Assembly: GCA_038227875.1 (NCBI GenBank)
Contig: JBBRPR010000060.1
Coordinates: 1 to 50,552 of the forward strand
Direction: 5' to 3'
Origin: Planctomycetota bacterium
Lineage (GTDB): Bacteria; Planctomycetota; SZUA-567; H5-PLA8
Length of the DNA: 50,552 nucleotides
The position numbers and the translations under genes are program-made. Shown here in pieces: positions 18,637 to 28,669 of the stretch (positions within the stretch are counted from its first letter, which is position 1; every line of letters begins with the position of its first letter). The notes under the pieces are model-generated. The model did no database searches, was not told the DNA's origin, and worked only from the letters and a program-made list of their open reading frames with translations.

Positions 18637-18669
18637 GGGCAGTCTCCCTATTCGCACAGCAACACCAGA

Positions 18670-19764
18670 CTATTGACTCACGCGCAATGTCACCGGGATG
18701 AGCGTGGACAGCGCGGCGCCGGGTGCGACCGTCGGTTTGGCGCGCAGAATATCCATCGCCGCAGCCGCCATGCGCTTGGCGCTCCAGACAATGGCCGGCG
18801 GCGTCGGGCCATCAAACAGTGGAACATAAGAACTGTCGTAAAGTTCTTCGCACGACCAGCCGACGAGCTGAAAGTCAGCGCCGATTTTCAGGCCCAGTTT
18901 CCGCGCCGCCGCGGCGATCGCTGCCGCCATTGGACGCCAGAGCGCCAGCACGCCATCGGGACGCTGCTTAAGCAGCGTGATGGCGGTCTGCTCCAGATCT
19001 TGAGCGTCCAAGGCAGAGAAGTGGCTGGCACAGAATTCACGCTGCGCCGAACCCAGTTGCGTCAAGGCTCCGCCGTAACGGGAACGGGAGTGATGATGAT
19101 CCAGCGACTTCCCAAACCATGCGATGCGCTTGCAGCCGGCCTTCAGCAGATGCACGGCGGCCAGTTCGCCACCGGCGAAGTTGCTCTGCACGACGTTGTT
19201 GACGCGGCGCTGAGCATCTTCGTCATCAATGAGCACCGCGGACGCGCCGGCCTTCTGAATCCATTCCAGCAGCGCTTCGTTGGGGGTGTCCAGCACCAGG
19301 CCGCTCATCCGGGAGATCGCATGCTGTTGGATCGCGTGGCGTACGTCGCCGGGATTGAGGACGATCGTCGTCAGCCGTTCGCCGCGCGACAGAGTCGAAG
19401 CGTTGAGTTCCTGGATCAGGACGTTGTAGAGGGCGTCGAAGCCGTTCACGATATTCTGCGTCGAGGTCAGGTAGACGTACGCCGCGCCATCCGCATCGGC
19501 TTCGCGAATCCAGTAGCCCCGGCGCGGACGCGCTTCGATCAAGCCTTGATCGGCGAGCATGTGCAACGCGCGGAGAACCGTGTTAGGCGCGACGCCGTGC
19601 GCGCGGCTTAGATCGCGCACGCCCGGCAGGTAGCCGCCGCTGTGAATTTCGCCCGATTCGATTTTCTCGCGCAAAGCCTGCATCACCTGCATCGCATTGC
19701 GGCGGGAAAGGACGTCGGTATCTGAATCACCTTGAGTTACTCTCATTTTCATCACTGGTTTCAA
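18670..19764 (-). CDS. GntR-family wHTH regulator with LacI-type ligand-binding domain (start uncertain)
   Basis: LPGVRDLSRAHGVAPNTVLRALHMLADQGLIEARPRRGYWI; NFAGGELAAVHLLKAGCKRIAW. Confidence 0.88.
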   Translation of the reverse strand: MKPVMKMRVTQGDSDTDVLSRRNAMQVMQALREKIESGEIHSGGYLPGVRDLSRAHGVAPNTVLRALHMLADQGLIEARPRRGYWIREADADGAAYVYLTSTQNIVNGFDALYNVLIQELNASTLSRGERLTTIVLNPGDVRHAIQQHAISRMSGLVLDTPNEALLEWIQKAGASAVLIDDEDAQRRVNNVVQSNFAGGELAAVHLLKAGCKRIAWFGKSLDHHHSRSRYGGALTQLGSAQREFCASHFSALDAQDLEQTAITLLKQRPDGVLALWRPMAAAIAAAARKLGLKIGADFQLVGWSCEELYDSSYVPLFDGPTPPAIVWSAKRMAAAAMDILRAKPTVAPGAALSTLIPVTLRVSQ

Positions 19765-19778
19765 TTTTCCTATTTAAT

Positions 19779-19811
19779 CTGTATCATATCTGATTCACAC
19801 CTGTTTCAATA
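19779..19811. promoter_or_regulatory. Three 11-bp-phased direct repeats CTGWWTCA, candidate regulator operator
   Basis: CTGTATCATAT CTGATTCACAC CTGTTTCAATA in the divergent promoter region. Confidence 0.5.
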
Positions 19812-19969
19812 CAATCTACACCGCTCAACTGCGGTCGTCCATCGAAATTGAAAAAATATGCGAGCTCGAAGCTACAGTCCGTCGCTCCACCCCGTGCACG
19901 GAGCCCAGTTACCGTTGACGAACCCGCTTGAAGTTCATAGCGTCCGCACAACTCAACAGGAGTCGCTTC

Positions 19970-21907
19970 ATGGCATATCGAAACGTTCTGATACCCGTCC
20001 TGATTTTTCTTGTGCTGGCCGCTTCAAGGTGGAGCGTGCAGGCCGCCGACGCGGCTCCGCGGCTTGAATTGCAGGAGTTCACGCCCGCCGCCATGGACGA
20101 AGCGCTGGTCAATCCCGGAACGGGTCTGTACCTGTATGGAACGCGGAGCGAGGCGGACGTGAACCCGAACGCCTGGTATTACAAATTGGTCAACATCGGT
20201 TACTTCCGCGATGACTGGTCGGTGTTGGAGCCCGACGCGGAAGGACAATACAAATTCGAAGAGTACTTCGGCCCGATCTTCGACCTGTGGGTGAAGAAAT
20301 GGCACAAACGCGTCTCGTTCCGCTTCATGTCGCAGAACATGCATTCACAGCGGAAGTACGTGACGCCCAAATGGGTTTTCGACAAGGGGATCACCGGGTA
20401 TTCGCATAAAGGAATTTACATTCCCGAGCAGATCGATCCGCCTTTCTGGGACGAACAGTATCTGGCCATTCAGGAGAAGTTCATCGCCGATCTCGGCAAG
20501 TACCTGGACGGACGGCCGGGCGTGGAGTTCATCGACATCGGCGGGATCGGGCAGTGGGGCGAGATGCATCTGATGTTGTGGACGCCGGAGCAGTTGCAGG
20601 CCAGCGGCTACACGGAGACGAAATACATCGGCGCGTACCGGCGCCTGATCGATGCGTACGTCCGGGCATTTCCACACACGCGTATTTTTCTAAATGTCGG
20701 CGACTACGCCTGCATCAACGACTACGCCGCGCTCCACGGCGTCCATTTCCGACAGGACGGACTGAATCCTTCCGGACCCAGCGCCAAGGTGGGCGATCGC
20801 TTTTACCGCCCGTACTCCCGTGAGCGGGTCATCTGCAATTATGAACTCTTCGACAACTACAAAGACATGCTGAAGAAGGGCTGGGGCGTCGGCGCGACGT
20901 TCAAGCGAGGGCTGGAGGACCCGATCAGTTATTTTCACATCAACCTGATGGGCTGGCGCGAATTGGCGAATGCTCCGGACGAAGTAAAGGCCGCCGTCAC
21001 CGACGCCGCGCGGCGCATTGGTTTTCGTTTTGTGCTGACGCAATTGAAGTGCAACAAAACCCTGCACGTGAGCGCCGATGAAAAGCGCAGTTCGCGCCTG
21101 TTGATCGAGCACCATTGGAAAAATACCGGCGTGGCTCCGTGTTACGACTCGTACGCGCTGCGCTGGTCACTGGCCGACGCAAAAGGCAAGGTCGTCGCGC
21201 AACAGCTCGACTTCCCGCTCGTCCCGACCACACGCTGGTGGCAGAACGAGGAGATCACGCTCAACAGCATGTTCCGCATTCCCGCCGGCGTGCCGGCCGG
21301 AACGTACCGACTCAAAGTGGCGATGGTCAAACCGGAGGATCCCGCCGTCGCCGTGCAACTGGCGATCGGCGGCGCCGCCGATGGCGATTACGATCTCTGC
21401 GAAATTTCCGCCGCCGCGCCGGAAGAGCACGCCAACCCGCTCTTCACGGAGGACTTCGAATCCGGCGAATCCGCCTGGTCGACCAGCGAAGGCATGTCAG
21501 CAAAAATTGATGCAGACGCGCACGCCGGAAAGCACGCGCTGCTGGTCGGCGGCGCGGAAGCGGGTAAGAGTTGGAACTACGCGGCGCGCAGGGGGCTGCC
21601 GCTGCTTCCTGCCAGCCGCTACCGATTCTCCTGCTGGATGAAAGTCGATTCGATCTCCGATCCAACGCTGCCGCCGTACGTCAAAGTGGGCGTGAACGAC
21701 GCAGCGAATAAATGGCTGACCAACTGCAATTCGTCCAAATACGACGTCACTCGCCTGGGCACGTGGCAGGCGCTCTCCGGAATCGTCGAAACCGGAGCAA
21801 CCGCCGCAACCGGCTCGTTCGCGATTGAAAAGGGCGTGCTGGAGGCCAAGGTCGAAGCCGTCATCCACCTCGACGACGTGGAACTCGAGCTGCTCGAATC
21901 GCCTTAA
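19970..21907 (+). CDS. Secreted GH-A-like TIM barrel with DUF4832-like and CBM4/9-like domains
   Basis: AGGAG before ATG 19970; NPGTG, GQWGEMH, RIGFRF, WKNTGVAPCY; C-terminal EDFESG...YRFSCWMK. Confidence 0.75.
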   Translation: MAYRNVLIPVLIFLVLAASRWSVQAADAAPRLELQEFTPAAMDEALVNPGTGLYLYGTRSEADVNPNAWYYKLVNIGYFRDDWSVLEPDAEGQYKFEEYFGPIFDLWVKKWHKRVSFRFMSQNMHSQRKYVTPKWVFDKGITGYSHKGIYIPEQIDPPFWDEQYLAIQEKFIADLGKYLDGRPGVEFIDIGGIGQWGEMHLMLWTPEQLQASGYTETKYIGAYRRLIDAYVRAFPHTRIFLNVGDYACINDYAALHGVHFRQDGLNPSGPSAKVGDRFYRPYSRERVICNYELFDNYKDMLKKGWGVGATFKRGLEDPISYFHINLMGWRELANAPDEVKAAVTDAARRIGFRFVLTQLKCNKTLHVSADEKRSSRLLIEHHWKNTGVAPCYDSYALRWSLADAKGKVVAQQLDFPLVPTTRWWQNEEITLNSMFRIPAGVPAGTYRLKVAMVKPEDPAVAVQLAIGGAADGDYDLCEISAAAPEEHANPLFTEDFESGESAWSTSEGMSAKIDADAHAGKHALLVGGAEAGKSWNYAARRGLPLLPASRYRFSCWMKVDSISDPTLPPYVKVGVNDAANKWLTNCNSSKYDVTRLGTWQALSGIVETGATAATGSFAIEKGVLEAKVEAVIHLDDVELELLESP

Positions 21908-21908
21908 A

Positions 21909-23225
21909 CTACTTGAAGACAATGCCGCGCGCGTGGCGCGTGAACAGTTGCAGCGCGTCGGCATCCAGAATGTGTTTCCCGCCCATGATCAGGCGCTCGA
22001 ACAGGACATTCTCGACGTCGTGGGTCGCGTCCCAGCCCCCGATGATCGAGGGCGTGTTGAAAATATCTTCGATGCATTCGATGTCGCGCAGAACGATGTC
22101 GCGAATCACGCCGCGGTCGGGCGTGGACGTCCAGCGCGAGTTGAGCACGCGGAAGTCGATGAAGCGGTCGTAAAAATGTTCGATCCGGATCTTTTCCCAG
22201 ACAACATTTGTCACCGTGGCGTGGTCGCCGTTGTGAATCGAGAAGACCGCGCCTTCGCCGTGCGCGCCAATGACATCGATGTCACGGAAGACGACGCCAT
22301 CGACCTCCGAATCACGCGTCTCGAAGCCGATCTCCATGGCGTTGCCGGCCTGGTCGTTCCACATCACGCAGCGTTCGATCAGGACATCGCGCACGGACAA
22401 ATCACCGGTGTTCTTCCGGCCGTTCTTCTCTTCGCGCAGCAGTCCTTTGACGGCGATGCAGTCGTCGTTGTCGTGGAGCAGACTGTCGCTGACATGGACG
22501 GAACGAGAACCCACAATGTCGATGCCGTCGGTGCTGACGAGCCAGCCGATGCATTTGAAGTGCCGGATCGCGACCTTCTCGCATTGATTGAGCTGCACCG
22601 TCCACGAGGAGGAGCCGATGACGCAGAGTCCTTCAATAGTGAGGTTGGTGCAGCGTTCAAAGAGCAGCGAGCGTCCGTTGAGCGGATGATGGGAACCGCG
22701 CTCGCTCCGGCCCATCAGCACGCCATTGCCCAGGATGCGAATGTCCTTGGCATCGGCCGCGTGGATCTGCCCGCGCACCACCGCACCCGCGGGAATGATC
22801 AGCGTGTCGCCGGACTGGAGTTCAATCAGACCCGCATCGTGAATCTGTCCTGGCGCAAAGGTGCGGACGCCGGGCGCGTGTACGGCCGGCAGCGCGACGG
22901 GCGGCGCATCCGCGAAAAGGTAGAGACCCGGTTGTCCCGCGACTTCGATCCGCAAATACCGCGGCTGCGGAAGCGTGAAGGTCACGCGGTTATTTTCGAT
23001 CTGCCCCGTGAGTTTCGACGAGAGGGGCCGGATGAGTACCGCGCCGGTGACGGGCGCCGCGTACTCCAGCGAAATTTCGACGGCGCCGTCGCATTCGAAA
23101 CTGGCGTAGCGGGCCACTGGCGTGCCGTACACGGCCACCGGCCGACCGTTGACGCGCAGTGTTATCTCTGTCACCTGTTGCAGGCCAATCACGGCGGGAG
23201 GGATCTGCAGCGTTGTCATCATCAC
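21909..23225 (-). CDS. Parallel beta-helix glycoside hydrolase (GH28/GH49-like)
   Basis: GAVVRG, SSSWTV, STDGIDIVGS, DDCIAVK, NAMEIGFE. Confidence 0.85.
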   Translation of the reverse strand: MMMTTLQIPPAVIGLQQVTEITLRVNGRPVAVYGTPVARYASFECDGAVEISLEYAAPVTGAVLIRPLSSKLTGQIENNRVTFTLPQPRYLRIEVAGQPGLYLFADAPPVALPAVHAPGVRTFAPGQIHDAGLIELQSGDTLIIPAGAVVRGQIHAADAKDIRILGNGVLMGRSERGSHHPLNGRSLLFERCTNLTIEGLCVIGSSSWTVQLNQCEKVAIRHFKCIGWLVSTDGIDIVGSRSVHVSDSLLHDNDDCIAVKGLLREEKNGRKNTGDLSVRDVLIERCVMWNDQAGNAMEIGFETRDSEVDGVVFRDIDVIGAHGEGAVFSIHNGDHATVTNVVWEKIRIEHFYDRFIDFRVLNSRWTSTPDRGVIRDIVLRDIECIEDIFNTPSIIGGWDATHDVENVLFERLIMGGKHILDADALQLFTRHARGIVFK

Positions 23226-23252
23226 CTTTTCATGAGCGGCGTCTTTCCGGAA

Positions 23253-24551
23253 CTACTTTGTTTCGCCGATGTCCTTGGTTTCTTTGGGCGTAATCGTGAA
23301 CTTCATGCAATGTTTCATCTCGTAGCCGTGCTCGCAGCCCTGCTTCACTTCCATCGACTTGGTTTCCGTGGGAATGTTGTTGTAGACAATCCACACGCTG
23401 GACGGCGGGCAGGTGTAGTCGCCGTAATTGGCGACCAGGTGGACGTTGGCCTTGATGCGCTTGGCGTGGAAGACCGGGTCGAAGTAATTCAACGGTTCCT
23501 TGTAGTCCGGGCGCCAGCCGCGCTGCCGGCCAAGCGTGATGCCGCCGAAATCGCACGACCACGGCGACCAGATGTTGCTGGACGTGACGTCCGCATCGAG
23601 CCCCGCGCCCCACAGTCCCTGCAGTCCGCCCTGGCTGCCGCCGTTGCTCTGCAGTTCCTTGCCGTTCCATTCGGGGCGCGACTTCACGTATTCCAACGCA
23701 CGGAGCACGCGCAGCGCCATGCCAAAGTAGTAGGTCTTCTCGCGGTCGGTGTTCTCGTCATTTTTGAAGCAGTAGTTGGCCAGGTCCTTTTTCAGCTGCT
23801 CGTAGTACGCGTCGTCGCGGCCCAGTTCCATGCCGTGCGCGTTGATCTCGAAGAAGATCGCATTTTCGTTCAGCCAACCGGGCGGATTGTGCTTGTTGAT
23901 ACCGTAGCCCTGAAACTGCACGATGCCGGGAAGCGATTTCTCTTTCGCTCCGACGGGAACAGTGAGGTAACCCGTGACCGGCTTTCCGCCGGCGCAATCG
24001 AGCTTCACCGCGTAGAGCTTGACCTTCGGATTTTTGGTCTCGACTTCTTTCAAGTCAGCCTTCAACGGCGTTTCAGCGAGCTTGGCTTTGGCCGATTTCC
24101 AGAACTCATCGAAGTCCTTGGGCTCCGCAACCGCCTGGAGTTTCTCCGGCTCGACGCACGCGCCGCCGTCGAAGAAAATCTCGCCTTCTTTTTTGGCGCC
24201 CCAGCCGCCGACGAATCCCTGCAGCCGCTTGCCGTCTTCGCCAAACGCCTGCGCCTGAATGCGCACGAATCCGGGCGTGTCCAGCGATGTCGTGATCTTC
24301 AGGCCGGCTTCGGTGGCGATGCCTTCGCCCTTGTCGGATTTGCCGTCGTCGCCGGTGCGCGTCCACGTGATCTTCTTGCCGGCCACGGGCGTTGCCCCGT
24401 CGAGCACGCAGAGCGTGAATTCCATCTTCTCTCCGGGCTTGTAGATCGCCACCTGCTTGTCGGTGACGCCGTGGATGGAGAATTCACTGGACCACACGCT
24501 GCAGGAAATGAGCAACAGACACAGCTGTATGGACCACATTCGTCGCGACAT
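23253..24551 (-). CDS. Secreted acetyl xylan esterase / cephalosporin-C deacetylase (CE7-like)
   Basis: PKDFDEFW, FQGYG, GGSQGG nucleophile, YFDPV, DYTCPPS; CAGGAG RBS before ATG 24551. Confidence 0.88.
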   Translation of the reverse strand: MSRRMWSIQLCLLLISCSVWSSEFSIHGVTDKQVAIYKPGEKMEFTLCVLDGATPVAGKKITWTRTGDDGKSDKGEGIATEAGLKITTSLDTPGFVRIQAQAFGEDGKRLQGFVGGWGAKKEGEIFFDGGACVEPEKLQAVAEPKDFDEFWKSAKAKLAETPLKADLKEVETKNPKVKLYAVKLDCAGGKPVTGYLTVPVGAKEKSLPGIVQFQGYGINKHNPPGWLNENAIFFEINAHGMELGRDDAYYEQLKKDLANYCFKNDENTDREKTYYFGMALRVLRALEYVKSRPEWNGKELQSNGGSQGGLQGLWGAGLDADVTSSNIWSPWSCDFGGITLGRQRGWRPDYKEPLNYFDPVFHAKRIKANVHLVANYGDYTCPPSSVWIVYNNIPTETKSMEVKQGCEHGYEMKHCMKFTITPKETKDIGETK

Positions 24552-24731
24552 GATGCGCTCCTGAATCCTGATCATCGAGAGACTTCAAACCTGCAATGCG
24601 GCACATCCATTGGATACACCGCACCGCGGCGCGTTCCTAGTACCGATTGCCGCGAACTCGCACGCCCCTCAAGTGGCTATTCAATTTGAAGACGATACAA
24701 TGATTGCGGTAGTTGACTGAGGGAAACACGA

Positions 24732-25676
24732 ATGTCTCACGACCACGGTCATGGCGGAAGTGTTTCAGAAACCCGCTTAAAACTTTCTGTCTTTCTCACG
24801 CTTGCATTCGTGATTGGCGAAGCGTCGGCCGGGTGGTTCTCGAACAGTCTCGCGCTGATGTCGGACGCCGGGCACAACTTGGCCGATGCGCTGGCGCTGG
24901 GTTTCAGCTGGTACGCGGTGTGGATCGCGCGGAAGGAATCGCACAGCCGGATGACGTACGGCTATCACCGCGTGGGAATCCTGGCGGCGCTGGTGAACGC
25001 AGTCTCCTTGGTTGTCATCGCCATTTTTGTGATCTGGGAAGCCGTGCAGCGACTTTCCAAGCCCGAACCGGTTCAAAGCGGAGTAATGATCGGCGTCGCC
25101 GCCGTTGCCCTGGTCGTGAATGTCGTCATCAGCCTCTGGCTTCATGGCGGCCGCAAGAATCTGAACATCCGCAGCGCCTACATTCACATGATCGGCGACG
25201 CCGTATCGTCAGTGGGCGTCATCATTGCCGGCATTGTTGTGGCGTGCACGAACTCAACGCTCGCCGATCCGGTGGTCTCCTTCTTGATTGCCGCGCTGAT
25301 CGTGTGGAGTTCCTGGGGGATTCTCAAGGAGAGCGTCAATGTGCTGCTGGAAGGCACTCCGGATGGAATCAACATGCAGGCCGTGGAAGACTGCATCAAG
25401 AAAGCGGCGGGTGTCCTCGGCGTTCACGATCTTCACGTCTGGACGGTGGGACCGGGCGTCATTGCGTGCAGCTGTCACATCGTGGTTTCCGAACAGAGTA
25501 TCCGCAGCGGTCAGCAGATTTTGAAGGTCGTCGTTGACGAATTAGAGCATCACTTTCAGATCAATCACACCACGGTTCAGGTTGAGGTCGAAGGCTGCCT
25601 TCCGAATGAGATTTACTGCAACCTAAAAGCGGAAGAAGCACACGCCGAACATCACGGCCACGGACATCACCATTAG
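24732..25676 (+). CDS. czcD: Cation diffusion facilitator (Zn/Co/Cd exporter)
   Basis: SLALMSDAGHNLAD, TYGYHR, NIRSAYIHMIGD, VHDLHVW, HTTVQVE; His-rich termini. Confidence 0.93.
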   Translation: MSHDHGHGGSVSETRLKLSVFLTLAFVIGEASAGWFSNSLALMSDAGHNLADALALGFSWYAVWIARKESHSRMTYGYHRVGILAALVNAVSLVVIAIFVIWEAVQRLSKPEPVQSGVMIGVAAVALVVNVVISLWLHGGRKNLNIRSAYIHMIGDAVSSVGVIIAGIVVACTNSTLADPVVSFLIAALIVWSSWGILKESVNVLLEGTPDGINMQAVEDCIKKAAGVLGVHDLHVWTVGPGVIACSCHIVVSEQSIRSGQQILKVVVDELEHHFQINHTTVQVEVEGCLPNEIYCNLKAEEAHAEHHGHGHHH

Positions 25677-25722
25677 GAATTCCCTGCTCTAAATGCCTTG
25701 CGCGGTACTTAGTAAAACAGCG

Positions 25723-25748
25723 ACCCTGTGGCCAGCTGGCCACAGGGT
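25723..25748. repeat. 26-bp perfect palindrome
   Basis: ACCCTGTGGCCAGCTGGCCACAGGGT, no spacer. Confidence 0.9.
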
Positions 25749-25872
25749 GAACGATTGGGTGCGGTTCACGTGATCCGCGGAACCTCGCACAAAAATTTGC
25801 GAAGGATTACGGAAGCTGGTGTATCCCTCTGACGCAGGTGAAACGAATTCCTTTACAAGTTGGAGGTACAGC

Positions 25873-27537
25873 GTGTCCCATCTTCGCTTTAAGACCAAGA
25901 GTACGCTGGTGCTCGTGGCAAGCATGCTGCTGATCAGCGTTGCGTTGTCCGTGAGCGCCGCCGCCGAACCGCAGACGGGTATGCAGAAGCGCTGGCTCTT
26001 TATTTTTCGGGACGTGAGCAAGCCGGAAGAGGTGGATAGCACGATTGCCATGTTCCCCCGCGCCAAGGCCGACGGCTACAATGGCGTGGTGCTCAACTAC
26101 AACGTTCCAGCAGCAAAGGCGGCAGATCTCAGAAAAGCGGCGAAGGACAACGGGCTGGATCTCATCGCCACGGTCATGGGCGGAACCCGCGACCGTAACT
26201 ATATGGAGGGCGTGCTCTCCAAGGATGCGGTCTTCGTGGCGCAGGGCGGCAGGGCCACGCTGCTGGCGGACAAACCCAAGATCCTCAACGGCGACTTCGA
26301 AGACGTGAAGGACAACCACTTCGGCGGCTGGACGATGCAGGACGACGAAGGCGTGACCAGCTTCGCCGACCACCAGGTGTTCCACGGCGGAAAGACCGCG
26401 TTGCGCATGGAGAGCATTGGCAAGAATCAGTACCGCCATTGCCGCGTGGCTCAGCCGATCAAACTCCTGCCCCACCGCCAGTACCACATCTGCGTGTGGG
26501 TGAAGACCGAGAAAATGGCGCCCGCCGATCCGGAAGTGAAGGTGCTCGTCCCCGGTCCTCAGAACGTGATCAGCTTCCAGACGTTTCACACCGACGCCAC
26601 TCAGGATTGGAAGCGCTGCGACGTTGTCTTCAACAGCATGGAAGGCGGCGATGCGACGATCTATCTCGGTTCGTGGTACGGCAAGGACGGGAAAGTCTGG
26701 TGGGACGATCTGAGCGTCGAGGAACTCGGCCTGGTCAACGTACTGCGCCGCCCCGGCTGCCCGGTCACCGTGACCAGCGAGGATGGCACTGCCTTTGAAG
26801 AGGGTGTCGACTTCGAGAAGATCGTCGATCCCAATTTGCATCCGTGGATTCCCTATCACGAGCAGCCGCCCATCAAGCTCACGGCAAAGTCACGCATCAA
26901 GGATGGACAGAAGCTGAAAGTGAGCTTCTACCATTCGGTCGTGGTCTTCGAAGACCGGCTGACGTCCTGCCTGAGTGAGCAGAAGATTTTCGACGACTGG
27001 CGCGCGGAAGTGAAGGAGGCGGAAGCGCTGCTCCACCCGGCGGCGTTCTTCATGTCGCATGATGAATTGCGCGTGATCAACCAATGCGCGCTGTGCCAGA
27101 GCAAGAAGATGACGCCCGGCAAATTGCTGGCGTGGAACGTCCACCAGGCCGCACAGATCATCCGCGACATTCGCCCCGACGCGGGGATCTGGGTCTGGAA
27201 CGACATGTTCGATCCGCAGCACAACGCGGTCGACAACTTTTTTCTGGTGAACGGATCGCTGAAAGGCTCGTGGGAAGGACTCGACAAAGACGTCGGCATC
27301 GTCAACTGGAACGGCGGGCTGCTGGGGAAGAACTGTCAGTTCTTCGCCGACTTGGGCTTGAAGCAGATTCTCTCCGGCTACTACGACGGCGACGACGACG
27401 GTTCCGCCATTACCATGTGGGTCGAAAACACCAAGAGCATCCCAGGCGTCGTGGGCGCGATGTACACGACGTGGGAGAACAAGTACGGACCGATGGACGT
27501 GTGGGCCAAGAAGGCCTGGGGCGGACAGGGAAAGTAA
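25873..27537 (+). CDS. Secreted putative glycoside hydrolase (GH20-like barrel) with inserted CBM4/9-like domain
   Basis: GGAGG before GTG 25873; NGDFE...FHGGKTALR...YHICVWVKT CBM; FMSHDE and WNDMFDP barrel motifs. Confidence 0.7.
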   Translation: MSHLRFKTKSTLVLVASMLLISVALSVSAAAEPQTGMQKRWLFIFRDVSKPEEVDSTIAMFPRAKADGYNGVVLNYNVPAAKAADLRKAAKDNGLDLIATVMGGTRDRNYMEGVLSKDAVFVAQGGRATLLADKPKILNGDFEDVKDNHFGGWTMQDDEGVTSFADHQVFHGGKTALRMESIGKNQYRHCRVAQPIKLLPHRQYHICVWVKTEKMAPADPEVKVLVPGPQNVISFQTFHTDATQDWKRCDVVFNSMEGGDATIYLGSWYGKDGKVWWDDLSVEELGLVNVLRRPGCPVTVTSEDGTAFEEGVDFEKIVDPNLHPWIPYHEQPPIKLTAKSRIKDGQKLKVSFYHSVVVFEDRLTSCLSEQKIFDDWRAEVKEAEALLHPAAFFMSHDELRVINQCALCQSKKMTPGKLLAWNVHQAAQIIRDIRPDAGIWVWNDMFDPQHNAVDNFFLVNGSLKGSWEGLDKDVGIVNWNGGLLGKNCQFFADLGLKQILSGYYDGDDDGSAITMWVENTKSIPGVVGAMYTTWENKYGPMDVWAKKAWGGQGK

Positions 27538-27555
27538 GAACGCTGCGGACGGAAC

Positions 27556-28611
27556 TCAGGCAGGATTGAGCAACACTTTCAAGCTGCCTTGCGGTGCCTG
27601 GCCGAGTGCCAGCGCGCCGAACAATTTCGGGGCTTCCGCCAACGGGAACGTGTGGGTGATGATCGGCGCCGGCCGGACTTTTCCGGAACGCAAGAGTTCA
27701 ATCGCATCGCCATAATTGGCGCCACCGCCGACCGAGCCTGCGATGGTATTCTCTCCGGCGATCAAGGCGTCGGGATTGAATGTGGGATGATGATCTCCGA
27801 AGCAACCGACGACGGCGATCCTTCCCAGCGGCGCGAGCGTTTGCAAGAGATGCTCAAAGACTTTTGCGGCGCCGGCGCATTCGAGCACGACGTCAAATCC
27901 ATCACCGTGAGTCAGCGAATTGGCGAGATCTGGTAATTCTGCCACGCCGACTGAACTGCTGTTGATCACCGCATCGGCGCCCAACGTTCGCGCTAATTCG
28001 AGTCGCTTCTGATCCCGATCCAGAATCGCGACAATGGCGGCACCGCAGGCCTTCGCGCATTGGAGCGAGAGCAGGCCGATCGGTCCGGCGCCCACAACCA
28101 GGACGCGGTCGCCAGCGGAGACGTTCACCCGTTGGCAACCGTGCAGCGCGACGGCGGTGGGCTCCGCAGCGACGGCTATTTCGGGCGCCAGATCGAGCGC
28201 GGGACGCAAGTTCGACGCAGGGATGCAGGCAAGCTGCGCGAAGCCACCATTTTGGTTGATGATTCCCACCTCACGTCGGGCGCGACACACATTGGCGTGG
28301 CCCATTTTGCAGAAGCGGCAGACGCCGCAGCCGATCGAGACCTCCGCGACGACCCGAGTGCCTTTTTTCAAATGTTTGACGTCGCTGCCCACATCCACCA
28401 CGACGCCGGTCCATTCGTGGCCGGGAATAATGGGCAGCCGCGCATGGCCCGTCTTGTAGTGATGAAAATGCTCATTCACGAAAAGCTCAACATCGGTGCC
28501 GCAAATTCCGGCGTAAGAAACCTGGACCACCGCTTCGTCGGCAGCCGGTGCCGGGTCGGGCACGGTCTCAAAGGCAAGTTGTCTGGGTCCAGTCAGCAGA
28601 AGTGCTTTCAT
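27556..28611 (-). CDS. Zinc-dependent medium-chain dehydrogenase (threonine/sorbitol DH-like)
   Basis: GICGTD, GHEWTG, CGVCRFC...C, GAGPIG. Confidence 0.93.
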   Translation of the reverse strand: MKALLLTGPRQLAFETVPDPAPAADEAVVQVSYAGICGTDVELFVNEHFHHYKTGHARLPIIPGHEWTGVVVDVGSDVKHLKKGTRVVAEVSIGCGVCRFCKMGHANVCRARREVGIINQNGGFAQLACIPASNLRPALDLAPEIAVAAEPTAVALHGCQRVNVSAGDRVLVVGAGPIGLLSLQCAKACGAAIVAILDRDQKRLELARTLGADAVINSSSVGVAELPDLANSLTHGDGFDVVLECAGAAKVFEHLLQTLAPLGRIAVVGCFGDHHPTFNPDALIAGENTIAGSVGGGANYGDAIELLRSGKVRPAPIITHTFPLAEAPKLFGALALGQAPQGSLKVLLNPA

Positions 28612-28669
28612 GCCAGTCTTATAACGCGACGCATTTTGTTCCGCGAGAAATACTTCTCAAAATGGCGCG

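Noticed and set aside
17383..19611. 742-aa plus-strand ORF
   Set aside because: Antisense shadow of the PQQ-propeller and GntR genes.
24599..24614. Sigma-54-like CGGCAC...TTGG upstream of czcD
   Set aside because: The -12 element is GG, not GC; too weak to call.
21825..24689. 954-aa plus-strand ORF
   Set aside because: Antisense shadow of the GH28-like and CE7 genes in high-GC DNA; no motifs.
25762..25777. Canonical chromosomal parS site
   Set aside because: Only 11 of 16 positions match the consensus and no parAB genes are in the window; kept only as part of the palindrome array.
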